Of a DNA stretch of 64,000 nt, positions 59,452-64,000 are shown piece after piece (the first letter of the stretch is position 1; each line of letters opens with the position of its first letter). A program made the position numbers and the translations under genes. The notes under the pieces are model-generated. The model ran no database searches and had not been told where the DNA came from. It was given only the letters and a program-made list of their open reading frames with translations. This DNA comes from Alphaproteobacteria bacterium (lineage in GTDB: Bacteria > Pseudomonadota > Alphaproteobacteria > RF32 > CAG-239), in assembly GCA_017470165.1 (NCBI GenBank), contig JAFUEX010000016.1:5020-69019 (forward strand), given 5' to 3'.

Positions 59452-60936
59452 TCAACCGCGTTTTTGCCTTTTACGCCGTGCCGAAGTCGCTATTCCCATC
59501 GCCTCCCGATACTTTGCCACCGTGCGTCGGGCAATCTTTACACCCTCATTTTCCAGCAATTCCACAATCTTCTCATCCGACAAAATTTGTTCCTTATTCT
59601 CCGCATCAATCATCTGCTTTATTTTGTGTTTAATCGCAGTGGTTGACGTATCATCCTCCCCCAAATAACTTCCGGCAGCCGTCGAAAAAAAATACTTCAT
59701 CTCAAATATTCCTCGCGGGGTTGCCATATACTTGTTGGTTGTCACCCGACTTACCGTGCTTTCGCTTAATTCAAGCGCACCGGCCACATCTTTTAATGTC
59801 ATCGGCTTAAGATGAGCAATACCTTTTTCCAAAAAATGATATTGCCGAAGCACAATCTCTTCTGCCACGCGCAAAATCGCTGTCGCCCGACTATGCAGCG
59901 CCTTCACCAAAAACGACGCCTTGCCCAAATTATCCCGCAAATATCGCGCTGCCTTCTTATCGCCGCGCAACATTGCAAAATAGCGTCGGTTTATCAGCAC
60001 ACGCGGCAAAGTCGACGCATTAAGCTCCACACGATATTCGCTCCCTTTGAGCCGGTGCACGTTCACATCCGGAATAATATAGGTATTAAACTCCCCCGCC
60101 CATCCGGCTGCCGGCTTAGGGTTAAGCCGCCTTATGCATTTCAGCATCTCCGTCAGCTTCTCTTGCGTACAATTGCATATTTTTGTCAGCTCACCATATT
60201 TTCTATCTGCCACCAATTGCAAATTTGCCAACAACCGCTCCGTAGGCTCATCCCACAAATTTTGCTCTCTCAACTGCAATTCCAAACACTCGCTCAAACT
60301 CTGCGCAAATATTCCCGTCGGCTCAAAATTCTTCATCACTGTCAAAATTTTTTCCAAACGCTCCACCTTCACTTGCAGTTTTGCTGCCAATTGCTGTATC
60401 TCGCCGACAAAATATCCCGCTGCATCAATATGCTCCGTCAACACCGCAGCCAACAATCTGTCTGCCGGTTTGGTAAAATGCAAGTCTATCTGCTCGCCCA
60501 CCACATCATAAAGGCTCTTTTCACCCGACAATCTCTCGCTAAAAAAATCATAAGCCTCATCTGCCGTCACCGCCGTATTTTTGCGATAATAATCTTTGCC
60601 GGTTATATCATCAAACTCACTATACCCCTCGGCATCTGACCCCGCATCATCAAAATAACTCTGCTCATCAAAATCGCTAGCAAACTCTTCTTCATTTCCG
60701 GCATTTTGCATTTGCTCGCCATCTTCGCCGCCGCCTGTCGCCTTTGTCTCTTCGTCTGTCGCTTCTTGCAAAAAGTCATCTTCGCGCTCCAGCAACGGAT
60801 TATCCTTAAGCGCCTGCTCCACAAACTCATTCAACTCCAAATTATTCATCTGCAACAAACCGATTGCCTGCCGCAGCTGCGGAGTAACCGCCAGCGATTG
60901 CGATTGTTTTATTTCAAGTCTGGGAGCTAAAGCCAT
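59452..60936 (-). CDS. rpoN: RNA polymerase sigma-54 factor
   Basis: LAVTPQLRQAIGLLQMNNLEL N-terminus, and the RpoN box ARRTVAKYREAMGI. Confidence 0.97.
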   Translation of the reverse strand: MALAPRLEIKQSQSLAVTPQLRQAIGLLQMNNLELNEFVEQALKDNPLLEREDDFLQEATDEETKATGGGEDGEQMQNAGNEEEFASDFDEQSYFDDAGSDAEGYSEFDDITGKDYYRKNTAVTADEAYDFFSERLSGEKSLYDVVGEQIDLHFTKPADRLLAAVLTEHIDAAGYFVGEIQQLAAKLQVKVERLEKILTVMKNFEPTGIFAQSLSECLELQLREQNLWDEPTERLLANLQLVADRKYGELTKICNCTQEKLTEMLKCIRRLNPKPAAGWAGEFNTYIIPDVNVHRLKGSEYRVELNASTLPRVLINRRYFAMLRGDKKAARYLRDNLGKASFLVKALHSRATAILRVAEEIVLRQYHFLEKGIAHLKPMTLKDVAGALELSESTVSRVTTNKYMATPRGIFEMKYFFSTAAGSYLGEDDTSTTAIKHKIKQMIDAENKEQILSDEKIVELLENEGVKIARRTVAKYREAMGIATSARRKRQKRG

Positions 60937-60948
60937 CTTATCCTATCG

Positions 60949-61689
60949 CTACATCGTAAAATTATCGCCCAAATAGACCTTGCGCACTTCTTCATTAGCC
61001 ACAATTTCTTCCGGACGCCCCTCCATCAAAACCTTACCGCCGTGCAATATATATGCCCTATCAGTAATATCAAGGGTCTCCCGCACATTATGGTCAGTAA
61101 TCAAAACGCCCAAGCCGCGATGCTTCAATTGAGCCACCAACTTACGAATTTCCCCTACCGCTATCGGGTCAATTCCTGCCAAAGGCTCATCCAGCAAAAT
61201 ATAATTCGGCTGACTGGCCAAAGCACGAGCAATCTCCAAACGCCGTCTCTCACCGCCTGACAATGCCAACGCCGGCGATTTGCGCAAATGAGCAATTGAA
61301 AACTCATTCAGCAACCCCTCCAACATTTCCTCTCGCCGGCTCACATCCTCCACCACCAGCTCCAAAATTGCCTTAATATTGTCCTCCACACTCAATGTGC
61401 GAAAAATCGAAGCCTCCTGCGGCAAATAACCTATACCCAATCTTGCCCGCTTATACATCGGCATCCGCGTTATATCAATCCCGTCAATGCGCACCTCGCC
61501 ATAGTCCGGCGTAATTAACCCCGTCACACAATAAAAACAAGTGGTTTTGCCGGCGCCGTTCGGCCCCAAAAGTCCCACTGCCTCACCACGGCGCACATTT
61601 AAGGTCACATTACGCAGCACCGGCCGGCTTTTATACTTTTTCCCGATATTAAAAACTTCCAATTTAGACTGTTCAGGCAGTTGAGACAT
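60949..61689 (-). CDS. lptB: LPS export ABC transporter ATP-binding protein LptB
   Basis: GLLGPNGAGKTT, LSGGERRRLEIARAL and ILLDEPLAGIDP. Confidence 0.95.
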   Translation of the reverse strand: MSQLPEQSKLEVFNIGKKYKSRPVLRNVTLNVRRGEAVGLLGPNGAGKTTCFYCVTGLITPDYGEVRIDGIDITRMPMYKRARLGIGYLPQEASIFRTLSVEDNIKAILELVVEDVSRREEMLEGLLNEFSIAHLRKSPALALSGGERRRLEIARALASQPNYILLDEPLAGIDPIAVGEIRKLVAQLKHRGLGVLITDHNVRETLDITDRAYILHGGKVLMEGRPEEIVANEEVRKVYLGDNFTM

Positions 61690-61695
61690 AAAAAA

Positions 61696-62475
61696 TCACT
61701 CCTTATTTTGCTTGTTTTTATTTTCCTTAAACACGCCGCTCACTCTTGAGCCGCCTCCGGACAAAATACGGCTCACTCCGCTGTTCAAATCAGCCTCGGC
61801 CGCACTGCCCTTCAATACATTACCGTTTTGTTCAATCACCACATCATCATACAATTTGATTATCCCCAAGGCCGCAAAATAAGTTCCGCGTAAAGCCGTA
61901 ATCACCGCATCTTGAGAATTTATCCTGACATTGCCGGCAATATCGACCTTGTCCAATATTGTCTTGCCCTCATCATCTTTGGCAAAATATGCCGTCATCT
62001 TATCTGCCCGCACACGGCTGCCTTTGGCGTCAATGGCCTCTACGCCGTCATTACTCTCTGCCCGCATCGCAGCCTGATAAAAAACTATCTCATTTTGAGC
62101 AATAATTTCCGCATCCGGTGATTTTATATGCACAGTCTTTCCTTTAAGAATTGCCTTGTCTTCATTAGCATCATAAACCAAACTCTCTCCTTTTGCTTTG
62201 GTCTGCGCCGAAGTCATCACCACATTTCCTTCTGCTTCCACCCGCGCTATCTTGTTTTTGGTTTTGGGAGCATAATACCCGACAAGCCGCCGCGCACTGA
62301 TACTCATATTGCCGCGCACTGCCTTGGCATTACCAACCGCCACCAATTTTTGCTCTTTTTGATAATATTCAACCCGCTCATCGGCCGTAAGTTTCACATC
62401 ATCGGCCCATACCGCTCCGATGCTCAGCAGCGCTATTGTCCCCCATATCAACCCTATTGTGGTTCTCAATTTCAT
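61696..62475 (-). CDS. lptA: LptA/OstA-family periplasmic LPS transport protein
   Basis: Signal peptide followed by a repetitive OstA-like beta-jellyroll sequence. Lies between lptC and lptB. Confidence 0.8.
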   Translation of the reverse strand: MKLRTTIGLIWGTIALLSIGAVWADDVKLTADERVEYYQKEQKLVAVGNAKAVRGNMSISARRLVGYYAPKTKNKIARVEAEGNVVMTSAQTKAKGESLVYDANEDKAILKGKTVHIKSPDAEIIAQNEIVFYQAAMRAESNDGVEAIDAKGSRVRADKMTAYFAKDDEGKTILDKVDIAGNVRINSQDAVITALRGTYFAALGIIKLYDDVVIEQNGNVLKGSAAEADLNSGVSRILSGGGSRVSGVFKENKNKQNKE

Positions 62476-63137
62476 TGCCCTGCATCCTCCTTCAAACTCT
62501 TTTCATCAATAATTATCGCGGTCTTACCGACAAAAGCAATCACATCATCTGCTGTTGAGACTTCCAGTCCTTCAGCGTTCAAATATCCCAAAAATCCCTC
62601 ACCAACCACCGGACGTTTCGAATAACCTTTCGCTTCCTTAAAATCATAGTAAAAATCGCGGGTTTCAATATTCATCCCCTTGCTATAAAACACCTCAACC
62701 TTTGACGGCAGCCGCAGCACATTTTCCCCTTGATTGAACACCCCGTCCGCTGACTTAATATTTATCCAATCCTCACCATCCGCCGGCAGTGTCGCCTCAG
62801 GCTGGGTCAAGTCATATATTCGTGAACCGGCCTTGGTTTCCCGAATATTCTCCGCCGTAAAATTATTCACTCTGCCCTTAGCATCGGTCACATAAACCAC
62901 CGTGTTTTCAATATTCATTTTTTCAATATCGCCGCCTTTTACTGCCAAATCAATCGCAAATTCATTAATATCCTTTTTGATGGTCGGCAATATCAACAAC
63001 GTCAGCCCCAAAACCGCCGCCGTAATCGGCAACAGCACCTTAGCCAAAACTATCGCTCGTTGCGTTTTGCTCTGGGTAACATTCTTATTCATCTTGCCCA
63101 AAGCATCGGCATTAAAAAAATCATCAATCTTCTGCAC
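62472..63137 (-). CDS. lptC: LPS export system protein LptC
   Basis: A single N-terminal TM helix followed by an LptC-like beta domain. Overlaps the lptA start (ATGA). Confidence 0.75.
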   Translation of the reverse strand: MQKIDDFFNADALGKMNKNVTQSKTQRAIVLAKVLLPITAAVLGLTLLILPTIKKDINEFAIDLAVKGGDIEKMNIENTVVYVTDAKGRVNNFTAENIRETKAGSRIYDLTQPEATLPADGEDWINIKSADGVFNQGENVLRLPSKVEVFYSKGMNIETRDFYYDFKEAKGYSKRPVVGEGFLGYLNAEGLEVSTADDVIAFVGKTAIIIDEKSLKEDAGQ

Positions 63138-63152
63138 TACGGCTCACCTCTT

Positions 63153-64000
63153 TTATGCAACTCCGGCGCGCAAACAATCGTGAATATGAATAACTCCGAC
63201 CGGTTTGTTTTTCTCATCCACCACAAACAACTGAGTTATTCCCTTTCCGGTATTGTTCATTGTGTTCAAGGCCTCAACCGCCAACACATCCGCCGCAATC
63301 GTCTTAGGATTTTTGGTCATAACTTCGCTCACCTTTTGCGACAAAACATCCGGCCGCAAACAACGCCGCAAATCGCCGTCGGTAATAATCCCCTTCAATA
63401 TTCCGTTTGCATCAATTATTCCCACACATCCCAGCATTTTTGAGGTCATCACCAACAACGCATCCTGCATCGAAGTATCTTCTTCGACCAAAGGCATCTC
63501 ATCGCCCTTGTGCATCAAATCCGCCACCTTGCGCAAAATAGCCCCCAGCTTGCCTCCGGGATGCCGCTGCTTATAATCCGTTTTACTAAACCCTTTACGC
63601 TCCATCAAACCCACGGCCAACACATCACCCCATACGATTGTCGCCGTAGTCGAAGTAGTCGGCGCCAGCCCCAGCGGACAAGCTTCAGCCGCCGCCGGCA
63701 GTCTGAGCAGTATATCTCCGGCCTTACCCAATGAACTCTCCGGATTCTTAGTCATAGCAATCAAAGGTATACCGAAACGCTTGCAATAAACCAAAATATC
63801 CGACAACTCCTTTGACTCACCACCATTCGAAATCGCCAGCACCGTGTCATCAGCCGTAAACATTCCCAAATCGCCATGACTGGCCTCCCCCGGATGCACA
63901 AAAAACGCCGGCGTTCCGGTTGAGGCAAAAGTTGCCGCCATCTTACGCGCGATATGCCCCGACTTTCCCATACCGGTCACAATCACCCGTCCTTTAGTAT
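63153..64000 (-). CDS. kdsD: KpsF/GutQ-family arabinose-5-phosphate isomerase (5' end outside window)
   Basis: SIS domain VTGMGKSGHIARKMAATFASTGTPAFFVHPGEASHGDLG plus tandem CBS domains. The frame stays open to the window edge. Confidence 0.9.
   Translation of the reverse strand, partial: TKGRVIVTGMGKSGHIARKMAATFASTGTPAFFVHPGEASHGDLGMFTADDTVLAISNGGESKELSDILVYCKRFGIPLIAMTKNPESSLGKAGDILLRLPAAAEACPLGLAPTTSTTATIVWGDVLAVGLMERKGFSKTDYKQRHPGGKLGAILRKVADLMHKGDEMPLVEEDTSMQDALLVMTSKMLGCVGIIDANGILKGIITDGDLRRCLRPDVLSQKVSEVMTKNPKTIAADVLAVEALNTMNNTGKGITQLFVVDEKNKPVGVIHIHDCLRAGVA

Overview
This window looks like a gene-dense chromosomal segment of an alphaproteobacterium. I base that on gene content and order, not on a database search. 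The supporting signs are a PopZ/DUF2497-like gene between valS and tolC, an ELM1-family gene, the kdsD-lptC-lptA-lptB-rpoN-hpf-ptsN block, and a fliL-fliM-DUF6468-motE flagellar block. I call about 68 protein-coding genes. Most are housekeeping: rplU-rpmA-obg-rsfS, rpsA-cmk, rsmE, secE-nusG, uvrB, valS, tolC, glgP, def-nusB-nrdR-murF, htpG, secY-adk-rpsM-rpsK-rpoA, yebC-ruvC/ruvAB-ybgC, and a DsbD/ScsB-like reductase. I found no rRNA, tRNA, CRISPR array or transposase. There are many clear stem-loop terminators and three near-consensus sigma70-type promoters.

The parts most worth a second look are:
- A low-GC two-gene islet (serine recombinase plus beta-barrel outer-membrane protein) that splits ruvC from ruvAB, with inverted repeats in its internal intergenic region.
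- A 355-bp non-coding gap after htpG. It holds two copies of a ~75-nt element whose 12-bp hairpins differ by four fully compensated base pairs, preceded by CT-rich CTGTCAC motifs.
- Two convergent orphan genes (362 and 773 aa) with no recognisable domains, each with its own promoter or terminators.
- A translationally coupled rsmE / response regulator / Hpt / atypical methyltransferase module with no kinase nearby.
- An 839-aa periplasmic beta-rich plus helical-repeat protein closing the flagellar block.
- Several broken canonical operons: secY..rpoA lacks rplO and rplQ, and secE-nusG lacks rplKA.

All functional calls come from reading motifs in the supplied translations. Start codons were adjusted by eye and remain uncertain.
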